Below are positions 16,779 through 24,747 of a stretch of DNA of 29,086 nt, in pieces. The DNA is from a virus (taxonomy: Duplodnaviria > Caudoviricetes): the IMG/VR virus record IMGVR_UViG_3300017707_001232, positions 1 through 29,086 of that record; one strand, written 5' to 3'. The notes beneath the pieces are model-generated. The model saw only the letters and a program-made list of their open reading frames with translations, searched no databases and was not told the DNA's origin. Numbering within the stretch: position 1 is the first letter of the stretch; each line of letters begins with the position of its first letter. A program made the translations under genes and the position numbers.

Positions 16779-18103
16779 TGGCCCAGAAGCCACTCTCCGA
16801 CGCCGTGCTCAAGCAGACCGTGGCCGCGCTCACGGCGCATGGCGGGAACGTCGTGCAGGCGGCGAAGGCGCTCGGGTTGCCGCGCCCGACGTTTGAGGCT
16901 CGCGCCCATCGTGCTGCGTCACTGGGTCTGGTAGACCTCGCGGCCCTGCGAGCGCAGACGGTGCATCGGTCGGCGGCGACGGCGGCGGATGCGTTTGCCA
17001 CCAGCGGCAACGAGGCGACCGTCTCGCGGGTGACACCGGAGCGTGTCAAGAGCCTGAAAGACCTGATCCGGGTCTGCGAGATTGACACCAGCGAGTGGGA
17101 AGTCGAACGCTACGTCTGTAACAAGTGGGAGACGGCGGCGAAGGTCGGCCCACAGGACACCGCTGACATTAAGGTCACCCCGCTCTACCAGGTCAAAGCG
17201 TGGCTCAAGCGTAAGGTTGATCTCCTCGCGGCACGGGCGGAAGTAGACGCCCTGCTGACCGAGGCCCGTAAGGGCTTGCCGACGATCAAGGCCGTGGCCC
17301 CGAAAGCGCCGAAGTCGGGCTACATGCTGGAACTCAACATCGCGGACTTGCACAACGGGAAGCTGGCATGGTCAGGGGAAACCGGCCACGACAGCTACGA
17401 CACGAAGATCGCGGAGGCGGTTCACGATGCCGCTGTCGAGACGCTGTTGCAGCGCACTGGCGCGTATCGCTTCGATGAGATCGTGCTGGCGGTCGGGAAC
17501 GACTTGCTACACGTTGACTCAAGGTCGAACCAAACCACGGCAGGCACCCCGCAGGACACCGACTCGCGCTACTACAAGGTCTTCCTCTCCACTCGACGGA
17601 TGACACAACGGGCCATTGAGCGGTGCCGCAAGCTGGCCCGCGTCCGCGTCGTGATGGTGCCGGGGAACCATGACAGGAACAGCGTGTGGCATCTGGGCGA
17701 CTCCCTGTCGTGCGTCTATGACGGCTGCAAGGATGTCGTGATCGACAACGCGCCGACCCAGCGGAAGTACGTGGAGTTCGGCAAGGTCATGTTGATGCTC
17801 TGCCACGGGGATAAGGGGAAGCGGGCCGACTATCCCTTGCTCATGGCGACCGAGCAGGCGGCAATGTTTGGCCGGACGCGGTTCCGGGAGGCGCACACTG
17901 GGCACTTCCATCAAACGCAAGTCCAAGAATGGCATGGCGTGCGCGTGCGGATTCTGCCGTCGCTGGCGGGCGTGGATGCGTGGCACGCGGAGAACACCTA
18001 CACCGGCAACATCCGAGCGGCTGAGGCGTTCATCTGGTCGGCGTCAGAAGGCTTAGTCGGAACGGCGTATTACACCGTGCCGGCGGGGAAGGTGGCGGCG
18101 TGA
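16778..18103 (+). CDS. Calcineurin-like metallophosphoesterase with an N-terminal Fis-type HTH
   Basis: IADLHNG, VGNDLLHVD, PGNHD, CHGD, HTGHFH; N-terminal ALTAHGGNVVQAAKALGLPRPTF. Start re-called at the TAATG overlap. Confidence 0.85.
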   Translation: MAQKPLSDAVLKQTVAALTAHGGNVVQAAKALGLPRPTFEARAHRAASLGLVDLAALRAQTVHRSAATAADAFATSGNEATVSRVTPERVKSLKDLIRVCEIDTSEWEVERYVCNKWETAAKVGPQDTADIKVTPLYQVKAWLKRKVDLLAARAEVDALLTEARKGLPTIKAVAPKAPKSGYMLELNIADLHNGKLAWSGETGHDSYDTKIAEAVHDAAVETLLQRTGAYRFDEIVLAVGNDLLHVDSRSNQTTAGTPQDTDSRYYKVFLSTRRMTQRAIERCRKLARVRVVMVPGNHDRNSVWHLGDSLSCVYDGCKDVVIDNAPTQRKYVEFGKVMLMLCHGDKGKRADYPLLMATEQAAMFGRTRFREAHTGHFHQTQVQEWHGVRVRILPSLAGVDAWHAENTYTGNIRAAEAFIWSASEGLVGTAYYTVPAGKVAA

Positions 18104-18492
18104 TCCGCGTGCTCGCGCTCTTGGCGATCCTCTGCGGCGTGTTGTTCGCCTTGGGTGGGACAACCGCCCCGAAGCGTGATCGCTTGCGCTTACGGGTGCT
18201 GACCGAGCCGCGTCTGGTCACGGTGGTGGTGACGCTACCCGATGTGTCCGAGCGGTATCGCTGGCTGAGTGTGTATGCGTGCTCGGCGGCATTCGCGCCG
18301 GATTCGCCCGAGGTGCATTGCACCGGGGATTTTGAACGCGAGAGCAGTTTCGAGTTGAGCGGTGGGCGCACACAGCATCTGATCTACTGGCGCGACTTGC
18401 CGAGAGGGACGTTACAGGTTCAGGCGATGGCGTTCGACGCCGATCAACAGGTGCTCGCCAGCGGCGTGTTGACGGTGTTCCGGGGCGAATGA
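18100..18492 (+). CDS. Secreted or membrane-anchored beta-sandwich-like protein
   Basis: N-terminal signal/TM MIRVLALLAILCGVLFALGG; alternating beta-strand pattern; GTGA overlap. Confidence 0.65.
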   Translation: MIRVLALLAILCGVLFALGGTTAPKRDRLRLRVLTEPRLVTVVVTLPDVSERYRWLSVYACSAAFAPDSPEVHCTGDFERESSFELSGGRTQHLIYWRDLPRGTLQVQAMAFDADQQVLASGVLTVFRGE

Positions 18493-18816
18493 ATGACCGC
18501 CGCCGAGCGACTAGGCGAAGTGGCCGAGGAGTTGAGCAAGGGCCGCATCTACGAAGCGACCCTCATCGACCCGACGCACCACCTTGAGGGGCTGTGCGAC
18601 CACAACGCGCAAGCCGTGGTGATCAACCCGAAGGTAAGCGTGGTCGATAGCCTGATCCATGAACTGCTGCACCGTCGCTATCCGACGTGGACAGAAGCGC
18701 GGGTCAGGCGGGAGACGCGCAAGGCAATGGGGCAGTTGTCGAGCCATGACGTGGACGTCTGGTATCGACGGTATCGGCGGGCGGTCAAGAAGCGCCGTCC
18801 AGTGAGTAGCGTATGA
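18493..18816 (+). CDS. Small HExxH zinc metallopeptidase-like protein
   Basis: EGLCD...VVINP...DSLIHELLH...E minimal zincin pattern. Confidence 0.65.
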   Translation: MTAAERLGEVAEELSKGRIYEATLIDPTHHLEGLCDHNAQAVVINPKVSVVDSLIHELLHRRYPTWTEARVRRETRKAMGQLSSHDVDVWYRRYRRAVKKRRPVSSV

Positions 18817-18989
18817 AACGATTCCTGGCGCTCTGTGTGTTCTGGCCGATGATCGCCGTCGTGACCGTCATGGCGGGGATTGCGGCCCTGTTGCGTCTCG
18901 CAGATCGGGGCATCAGCGCCCTCTCCGATTGGATGATTCCAGCGGTGCTGGCGCTTGCGGAGGTGGCCGATGGTGAAACCCAAGATTGA
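18813..18989 (+). CDS. 58-aa membrane peptide
   Basis: MKRFLALCVFWPMIAVVTVMAGIAALLRL...; ATGA overlap; below the ORF-track cut-off. Confidence 0.5.
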   Translation: MKRFLALCVFWPMIAVVTVMAGIAALLRLADRGISALSDWMIPAVLALAEVADGETQD

Positions 18990-19179
18990 CGGCGGGACGA
19001 TCCGCGCCAAGGTCTATCCGCTGATGCGTGACGCGGTGGAGACAGGCATCGTCCGGGGTTACCACCGGGCGTTCAAGCACACGAACACGCCCGAGCCGCA
19101 GGCGGTCATGGACGAGATCGAACAGGCGATCATGAATGAAATATGCGAACGGTTTCAATTCGACGGAGATGACGACTAA
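18970..19179 (+). CDS. Hypothetical protein (69 aa)
   Basis: GGAGGT RBS before ATG 18970; TAATG coupling to the next gene. Confidence 0.65.
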   Translation: MVKPKIDGGTIRAKVYPLMRDAVETGIVRGYHRAFKHTNTPEPQAVMDEIEQAIMNEICERFQFDGDDD

Positions 19180-19592
19180 TGGCTGGTGATCCGGGGTTTC
19201 TCGCCGCACTTGACGACTTAAAGGCGCTCCATCTGTCGAAGGGACACGATTATGCGGACACGTCGGACCCGCTGAAGAACTACGTCCAGAGCGCGAGAGA
19301 CGGCGGCGTCGAACCGTGGCGGGCGGCGTTCCTGCGCCTGTCCGAGAAGTATCACCGCGTGGTGAATCTCCTCAATAAACATGAGGAACCCAACCACGAA
19401 TCGCTCGACGATACCTTCATGGACTTGGCCGCGATGTCGCTGATCGTGCGGAGTCTGCGGGCGCGGGTGAACCGAGCGCAGGGGGACGGGGACGCTGGGC
19501 CGGATGCGGTGATTTGCCCGCGTGACGGGTCTACCTGTTGGGGCTGTAGTGGATGCGACGGCGAGTCCACCATCGGCGCGGAGCCGGTCTAG
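19179..19592 (+). CDS. DUF1599 / nucleotide-modification-associated domain protein
   Basis: KGHDYA...DPLKNY...RLSEKYHRVVNL...ESLDDTFMDLA pattern; Cys-rich tail. Confidence 0.7.
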   Translation: MAGDPGFLAALDDLKALHLSKGHDYADTSDPLKNYVQSARDGGVEPWRAAFLRLSEKYHRVVNLLNKHEEPNHESLDDTFMDLAAMSLIVRSLRARVNRAQGDGDAGPDAVICPRDGSTCWGCSGCDGESTIGAEPV

Positions 19593-19834
19593 TGGTCTAT
19601 CTCGGCCTGTTTGGTCGGGCGTTCCTTCAGGTGGCCCTGGTGGCCCTGAACGTCGCCCAGATCGCCAAGGGGAACTATGCGACCGCGTTCCTGACTGGCT
19701 GGGCCATCAGCGCCTTGTGGTGGTCGAATGCGCGAGGGGCGGGGCGCTCAGAGGTTCGCGGTGCCGCACTGGCATACAGTGTCGGGGCCGCGTTCGGAAC
19801 CGTGGCCGGCATGAGCCTGTCACGGTTCCTCTAA
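19592..19834 (+). CDS. Small multi-pass membrane protein (80 aa)
   Basis: TAGTG coupling; three hydrophobic segments ending YSVGAAFGTVAGM. Confidence 0.65.
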   Translation: MVYLGLFGRAFLQVALVALNVAQIAKGNYATAFLTGWAISALWWSNARGAGRSEVRGAALAYSVGAAFGTVAGMSLSRFL

Positions 19835-20532
19835 GGCGCGTAGCTCCCGGCGGGCGAGGAATACGCGACGGTTGCGTGGAACGCCTCCCGCGCACTGAGC
19901 GGCTTGTCGCAGACGCCACTAACTGGGGTGCCCGACATGAGATCAGACGTGCTGTCCGTGTGTGCGTACCCGAGCGCATGGCCTAATTCGTGCTTCATCA
20001 CCAACGGCCCACAGGTGCAAACGGGGATGGTGTGATTCATCATAATCACGTTCGATTGGACGGCCCCATCGAAACCCACCACGGTAAGGGAGACGGTCCC
20101 ACAGTAGCCGGGGAGATTCCCCCACGCCACGGTGATCCACCCGTTCTGTCCCTGGCGTGTGCCGGTTCCGCGCTCCATCCCCGCGAGTCCAAACGCGCCC
20201 CCCGTCCACTGGCCCGTGGTGTTGATCAGGGCGGCGGCGGTCTGGTCGAGGAGGGCGGCTGATATGGGGTTGTTCCCATCGTCTACCGTTCGCAGATAGA
20301 CCCGTGGGGGCTGGTTCCAGCGGTTCAACCTGTTCGACACGAACAGGCGATAAAAGGTCGCATTGAAGCGCGGATCGCTCAGCAGCGGGTTGGGCGCTGG
20401 CGTGGCCGGTGTGGTCACCACTGGCGGTGCAGCAGCCACAGCAGGCGGCGTCACCACTACCGGCGCACTGGGGGCGGTGGGGGAGCCGGAGCAGCCGACG
20501 CAGAAGACCGCGAGGAGGGCGAGACGTTTCAC
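19831..20532 (-). CDS. Lipoprotein with a matrixin/metzincin metallopeptidase domain
   Basis: GGGAGG RBS before GTG 20532; signal KRLALLAVFCVG-C14; Pro linker; HELGHALGYAH zinc motif and DLMS Met-turn. Confidence 0.8.
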   Translation of the reverse strand: MKRLALLAVFCVGCSGSPTAPSAPVVVTPPAVAAAPPVVTTPATPAPNPLLSDPRFNATFYRLFVSNRLNRWNQPPRVYLRTVDDGNNPISAALLDQTAAALINTTGQWTGGAFGLAGMERGTGTRQGQNGWITVAWGNLPGYCGTVSLTVVGFDGAVQSNVIMMNHTIPVCTCGPLVMKHELGHALGYAHTDSTSDLMSGTPVSGVCDKPLSAREAFHATVAYSSPAGSYAP

Positions 20533-20650
20533 GGTTGCTGATCCTCCCACAGTCCCGCCCGCGAGTTGTCACCGCCGATGATCGACAACGCCCTGATCAT
20601 AGACGGCCACGCCGCTAAAAACTCTCACCTGAAAACACCGTGACAATTAA

Positions 20651-20679
20651 TTGCAAAGCTCATCCGTTTGTCTTATCGT
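20651..20679 (+). promoter_or_regulatory. Sigma70-like promoter convergent with the repressor gene
   Basis: TTGCAA-17 bp-TATCGT; the -10 forms one arm of the inverted repeat TATCGT...ACGATA (20674-20700). Confidence 0.5.
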
Positions 20680-20711
20680 TGGCGCTTCCCTCTGACGATA
20701 GGAGACGCTGT

Positions 20712-20948
20712 ATGCCGTGGGTGTGGTTCACAGACGAGCAGTACACTGATCATCGGGTCTGGGCGGATCGGATGCCGCCGGAGATTGCCGAGGGGCTGCT
20801 GTTGATTATTCGGTCGTATGCGGCTTCGCCACCGCGTCCGAGTCTTGCGCGGCCCCGCGCAGGGTCTTTAGGACGCCCTCGCGCACCCCGTCGCGCTTCA
20901 CCCGTGCAAAGAGATCGATCAACTCCTGTTCCTTCACGGACAACATAG
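20712..20948 (+). CDS. Small ORF overlapping the repressor 3' end in antisense
   Basis: AGGAG RBS and upstream promoter; 143-nt antisense overlap with the repressor. Confidence 0.4.
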   Translation: MPWVWFTDEQYTDHRVWADRMPPEIAEGLLLIIRSYAASPPRPSLARPRAGSLGRPRAPRRASPVQRDRSTPVPSRTT

Positions 20949-21315
20949 CGCGGCCCAATCGGGCGCGTTTCCCCTTGGCGAGCTGGTAGGCGGGGCGCTC
21001 CAAGAGCGTTAGGAGGCTCCGTCGCTCCAGCTCGCTCATCTGGCGCAGGTAGGACACGATTGCCGCCTCAATCGGCTTGAGCGGCTGGATGAGGGCATCC
21101 GGTTCGGCCATCAGTTCCGCCGCCGTAATCTGAAAAAACGCGCACAACTTCTCGATGTGGGCGAGGGAGATGCCGCCCTTGTCATTGAGCAGCCGTGTCA
21201 CGGCGGATCGGGAAAGGCCCAGATGGTCACCCAGCGTGACGTGGGACACGTCGCCCTGGTCCACAAGGGTATTGATGCGGTGCCGCACCCGTGCCTGTAA
21301 CGACTCCCGGTTCAT
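20806..21315 (-). CDS. XRE-family HTH repressor (CI-like, no S24 peptidase domain)
   Basis: SHVTLGDHLGLSRSAVTRLLNDKGGISLAHIEKLCAFFQITAAELM; divergent from the cro-like gene; extended -10 TGcTATTCT at 21338-21330 and a GGAG RBS. Confidence 0.85.
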   Translation of the reverse strand: MNRESLQARVRHRINTLVDQGDVSHVTLGDHLGLSRSAVTRLLNDKGGISLAHIEKLCAFFQITAAELMAEPDALIQPLKPIEAAIVSYLRQMSELERRSLLTLLERPAYQLAKGKRARLGRAMLSVKEQELIDLFARVKRDGVREGVLKTLRGAAQDSDAVAKPHTTE

Positions 21316-21356
21316 GGAATGGCTCCGCGAGAATAGCAGGTTCCCCGCCTGAAATT

Positions 21357-21418
21357 GTGTGTTTTAGTCACCGTGCAGCAAACTCACTTTTTCTGTTGAC
21401 AAGGTGAAGGCCGCGCAC
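21357..21418. promoter_or_regulatory. Three 15-bp operator-like boxes GTG-N9-CAC
   Basis: GTGTGTTTTAGTCAC 21357-21371, GTGCAGCAAACTCAC 21373-21387 and GTGAAGGCCGCGCAC 21404-21418. Confidence 0.6.
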
Positions 21419-21425
21419 GTAGACT
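21396..21425 (+). promoter_or_regulatory. Early lytic (PR-like) promoter
   Basis: TTGACA-18 bp-TAGACT, 7 nt before the ATG of the cro-like gene. Confidence 0.75.
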
Positions 21426-21432
21426 GCTCTAC

Positions 21433-21654
21433 ATGACGCGCAAGACTCACCACAAGCAGTTCAAGACGGTGGCCGAGGCGATGAAGGCTCAGGGCCTCAC
21501 CGACCAGAAGCTGGCCGACGCGGTTGGGTGTGATCGCACCTGGATCACGCGGGTGCGGCAGGGCTTCAAGCTGAAGTCGCTGCGGAACCCGGTTCGCATC
21601 GCCCGGTTCCTGAATGTGCCTGTGGAGGCACTGTCCGACGCGGATGCCGCGTAA
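21433..21654 (+). CDS. Cro-like HTH protein
   Basis: GLTDQKLADAVGCDRTWITRVRQG...IARFLNVPVEAL. Confidence 0.85.
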   Translation: MTRKTHHKQFKTVAEAMKAQGLTDQKLADAVGCDRTWITRVRQGFKLKSLRNPVRIARFLNVPVEALSDADAA

Positions 21655-21822
21655 CGCGCACTATTTGAACGAGCATTCAGATGATGGGCGCGAATATGTG
21701 CGGCAAAATCACAAGGTCTGATACTACCTGCACTGTCTACGTGCATGGCGCTCACACCATGTTTGATCGCCCCATCTGTAAGGGGCTGATTCGGCAGGAC
21801 TTCCAGCCTACCACGCCCGAGG

Positions 21823-22011
21823 CTACTCATGGTTAGCCTCCCCCTCCAGAAACCGTTGCAGCTCCGCGACCGCCGTTTTGAGGCGCAGTCTCCGGCGCTC
21901 GACTCGCGCAATGAGCGCCTTGTAGGTCTGCTGCCGAGTGGCCTCGTCGGTCACGAGTGGTTCGTGCCGGTGCTGGTCGATGGCGGCGGGTCGGATCGTG
22001 TGGTTCCTCAT
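21823..22011 (-). CDS. Possible 62-aa leftward protein
   Basis: Helical C-terminus; ends in GGAGGGGGAGG-ctaacc-ATGAGTAG, a typical coupling signature. Confidence 0.4.
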   Translation of the reverse strand: MRNHTIRPAAIDQHRHEPLVTDEATRQQTYKALIARVERRRLRLKTAVAELQRFLEGEANHE

Positions 22012-22405
22012 GTCTAGAAGTCTCGCAGGGGCGCTGCGTCAAGCGGAAGCCAAGCCTCTTGACCTGCCGTTGATCGGGGCCACGCCGAAGGGTCAAGCGA
22101 CCGTCAAGCCGGTTGATGCCGAGTGGATTCTGCCGCTGATTGGCAATGCGATTGACCGGACGATGCAGCGCAAGGAAGCGGCGATTCTGCTGGGCCTGGA
22201 TGCGGGGCAGATGACGCGCCAGTTGAGCGGGGATGGGCACTTGTCGGCGCTGCGGCTCGGGGCGTTGCCGCAGTCGTTTTGGATCGCGCTGATGGATGAA
22301 CTGCGTGGGCATTTCAAGCTGGATGACCCCACGGCGCGAGTGCAGCAGGCAATGGACTTAATTGGCCGGGGCATGGCGGCTCTGGTCGCAGAGGTCAGGC
22401 GATGA
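22010..22405 (+). CDS. CII-like HTH regulator
   Basis: MQRKEAAILLGLDAGQMTRQLSGDGHLS; position after the cro-like gene. Confidence 0.65.
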   Translation: MSRSLAGALRQAEAKPLDLPLIGATPKGQATVKPVDAEWILPLIGNAIDRTMQRKEAAILLGLDAGQMTRQLSGDGHLSALRLGALPQSFWIALMDELRGHFKLDDPTARVQQAMDLIGRGMAALVAEVRR

Positions 22406-22578
22406 ACAACACACCGATTGCGAGCGACAAGTCGTGGGAAGTGGCCCAGAAGATCAGGGCCGAGCAGGGCAAGCCGGAAGTGTCGAAAGCGAACCGGGAG
22501 AAGTTCCCCGTCCAGCCGCCGAAGCAGACGCGGCCCGCGTGGTTCAGCGACTTCCGCACGACGCATGGGGGCCGGTGA
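22402..22578 (+). CDS. 58-aa early hypothetical protein
   Basis: GAGGT RBS; ATGA and TGATG overlaps; MNNTPIASDKSWEVAQK... Confidence 0.6.
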   Translation: MNNTPIASDKSWEVAQKIRAEQGKPEVSKANREKFPVQPPKQTRPAWFSDFRTTHGGR

Positions 22579-22796
22579 TGTTCCTCGATCCCATCAACGA
22601 GCACGACGAGGACGACGACACGACGTTCCCCTGCGCCTGTGGGGATGAGACGTGCATCGGCCACAACGACGACAAGGACAACATCCGCATCGGGCGGGCG
22701 TGGTATGCGGCGGATTGCGTGATGGCGAACGCGCACCCGCTGGTGGTCGAAGGCCGGGAGCAGGCGGCGCGGCAGGATGTGAGGGCAGGCAAGTGA
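22578..22796 (+). CDS. 72-aa acidic Cys/His protein
   Basis: MFLDPINEHDEDDDTTFPCACGDETCIGH; coupled at both ends. Confidence 0.6.
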   Translation: MFLDPINEHDEDDDTTFPCACGDETCIGHNDDKDNIRIGRAWYAADCVMANAHPLVVEGREQAARQDVRAGK

Positions 22797-23026
22797 CGCC
22801 CCAGCAGCAGGCCGACGCGATTCTGGCGACGGTGGTAGCCCTGACGCCTGCCCCGGTTGACGAATTGATTACACGGCTGGCGATGGATCGGGCGGCGTTG
22901 CTGGACGCGCTGAAGGACTTGCTCGACCTCGGTCGCGCTGGATTCATTCGCGGAGAAGACATCGCCGTCACTCGGGCGGTTGAGGTCGCTATCGCAGCGG
23001 TTAGACAAGCGGAGCGCCCCCGATGA
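22793..23026 (+). CDS. 77-aa early hypothetical protein
   Basis: GTGA and ATGA overlaps; helical, LLDALKDLL. Confidence 0.6.
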   Translation: MTPQQQADAILATVVALTPAPVDELITRLAMDRAALLDALKDLLDLGRAGFIRGEDIAVTRAVEVAIAAVRQAERPR

Positions 23027-23109
23027 TCGCCGTGCTGCTGTTGCTGGCCGTGGCGTGGGTGTGCTGGACGGCGGGCGAGATTTACGACAACCGAAGGAGC
23101 GAACAGTGA
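23023..23109 (+). CDS. 28-aa TM micro-peptide
   Basis: MIAVLLLLAVAWVCWTAGEIYDNRRSEQ; GGAG RBS; coupled at both ends. Confidence 0.5.
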   Translation: MIAVLLLLAVAWVCWTAGEIYDNRRSEQ

Positions 23110-23846
23110 CGCAGTTAGCAGTAAAAGAGATGGCGCTTGCGCCGGTTCAGCAAAGCGATCCCGCGCTGGCGATGATCGAGCGGTTCGCCGCCGATCCGAA
23201 CTTCGACGTGTCGAAGTTGCAGGCGCTGATGGACATGCGCGAGCGGGAGTTGACCCGTATTGCCGAGCAGGAGTTCAACGTCGCGTTTGCAAGGATGCAG
23301 CCGCGCATCCCGATCATTGACGAGCACGCCAAGACAAACATGGGCACCTACGCCCCCCGCGAGGACATCGTGGAGGTCGTGCGGCCCATCCTGGCTGAGT
23401 TCGGGTTCTCGCTGTCGTTCCGCACGGAATGGCCCGAGGCGAAGATTCAGATCGTCGGCATCCTCACGCACGAAGGCGGGCACAGCCGCGAGTCTGTGTT
23501 CCTGACCGACTCCGACAAGAGCGGGAGCAAAAACGACGTGCAGGCGCGTGGGTCTGCCGTGGAGTATGGCCGTCGATACACCACCACCGACCTGTTGAAC
23601 ATTGCCACGCGCAAGGCGGACGACGACGGCAAGAAAGCCGGTAAGTCGGTCGCGCCGGAGGGCTTCGACAAGTGGATTAAGCACTTAGAGACAACCTCCC
23701 TGAGCGGCCTGAAGGCGCTTGGTGCGGCTTGGGAGTGCAGCGACGTGGCATTCACAAAGCACATCAAGGTTGTCGAGTGGGAAGACCTGAAGAAGAAGGC
23801 CAAGGCCGCTGACGCCGCGCCGGTAAAGGCGGTGAAGGATGCGTAA
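23106..23846 (+). CDS. ERF-family ssDNA annealing protein
   Basis: YAPREDIVEVVRPILAEFGF...ILTHEGGH...QARGSAVEYGRRY...LNIA...DDDG; AAGGAG RBS before GTG 23106. Confidence 0.88.
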   Translation: MTQLAVKEMALAPVQQSDPALAMIERFAADPNFDVSKLQALMDMRERELTRIAEQEFNVAFARMQPRIPIIDEHAKTNMGTYAPREDIVEVVRPILAEFGFSLSFRTEWPEAKIQIVGILTHEGGHSRESVFLTDSDKSGSKNDVQARGSAVEYGRRYTTTDLLNIATRKADDDGKKAGKSVAPEGFDKWIKHLETTSLSGLKALGAAWECSDVAFTKHIKVVEWEDLKKKAKAADAAPVKAVKDA

Positions 23847-24507
23847 CTTCATCCACGTCGACGTGCCGCAACATCTCGACGGTGGCATGGCTAATCCCGA
23901 CTGGCTGAAGGCCCGTCTCGGGCGCGTCACTGGCTCCGTGGCAAACGACATGCTTTCCAAGCCCAAGAAGCCGGGCGAGGGATTGCGCGTCAACCTGGCC
24001 GTTCGGCTGGCGCTAGAGCAGCGCACGGGCAAGCCGCTGGGTAACACGTTCCAAACGCAAGCCATGAAGGACGGCAACGACCGGGAGCCGCTGGCGCGGT
24101 TTGCCTACGAGCAGGCCCAGCGAGTGCTGGTGGAGCGCACGGGCTTTCTCGCACACACCGACCTGATGGCTGGGGCATCGCTTGATGGGCACCTGGGCGA
24201 CTACGAGGGGCTGATCTCGATCAAGTGCCCGGAAGCGGCCACGCACTGGGACACCGTGCGGGCCGGGGAGATCGAGTTGCGCTATCAACGCCAGATGCTC
24301 CACGAGATGTGGCTGACCGGCGCGTTGTGGTGTGACTTCGTGAGCTTTCATCCCGACTTCGATGAAGCGTTGCAGTTGCGCGTGATCCGCGTGATGCGTG
24401 ACGAGGCGGCGATCGTGCAGCACGACGCCGACGTGCGCCAGTTTTTAACGGAAGTGCAGACCCATGTGGACGCCATGCGGACGATGGCGGAAGGAGTAGC
24501 GGCGTGA
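23839..24507 (+). CDS. YqaJ / lambda-exonuclease family nuclease
   Basis: WLKARLGRVTGS, MKDGNDREPLARFAYE, GASLDG, ISIKCP, YQRQM, WCDFVSFHPDF. Confidence 0.9.
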   Translation: MRNFIHVDVPQHLDGGMANPDWLKARLGRVTGSVANDMLSKPKKPGEGLRVNLAVRLALEQRTGKPLGNTFQTQAMKDGNDREPLARFAYEQAQRVLVERTGFLAHTDLMAGASLDGHLGDYEGLISIKCPEAATHWDTVRAGEIELRYQRQMLHEMWLTGALWCDFVSFHPDFDEALQLRVIRVMRDEAAIVQHDADVRQFLTEVQTHVDAMRTMAEGVAA

Positions 24508-24740
24508 GCGAGACCAAAAAGAACCCGGACGAGTTGGGCGCGTTGTGGTTGAAGACAGGCGGCAAGGGCGACTTCCTGACCGGAGAAGTCAACGGCGTCA
24601 AGGTCGTGTGCTTCAAGAACGAACGGTATCAGGAGGGCGGCAACCTGCCTTATTGGCGCGTGCTGAAGCCCAAGCCGAAGACGGAGACGCCGACCGATCA
24701 GCGCGTTGAAGTGCCGGACGATTCCGCGATTCCGTTCTGA
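24504..24740 (+). CDS. Minimal SSB-like / DUF736-like protein with an acidic IPF tail
   Basis: LGALWLKTG...FLTGEV...FKN...PYWRV core; C-terminus DDSAIPF. Confidence 0.65.
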   Translation: MSETKKNPDELGALWLKTGGKGDFLTGEVNGVKVVCFKNERYQEGGNLPYWRVLKPKPKTETPTDQRVEVPDDSAIPF

Positions 24741-24747
24741 GGATGTC

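Noticed and set aside
18100-18492. o-spanin or u-spanin lipoprotein
   Set aside because: AILC is not a canonical lipobox, the hydrophobic stretch continues past the Cys, there is no C-terminal TM, and it lies outside the lysis cassette.
18493-18816. ImmA/IrrE-type antirepressor protease
   Set aside because: Has HExxH but sits in the late accessory operon, is not adjacent to the repressor and lacks a clear downstream ExxAN motif.
2476-21354. CCTGAAA recurring in three intergenic regions (2476, 20628, 21348)
   Set aside because: Only 7 bp, flanks differ, and it also occurs in coding sequence (for example near 10354 and 17053); not enough to call a motif.
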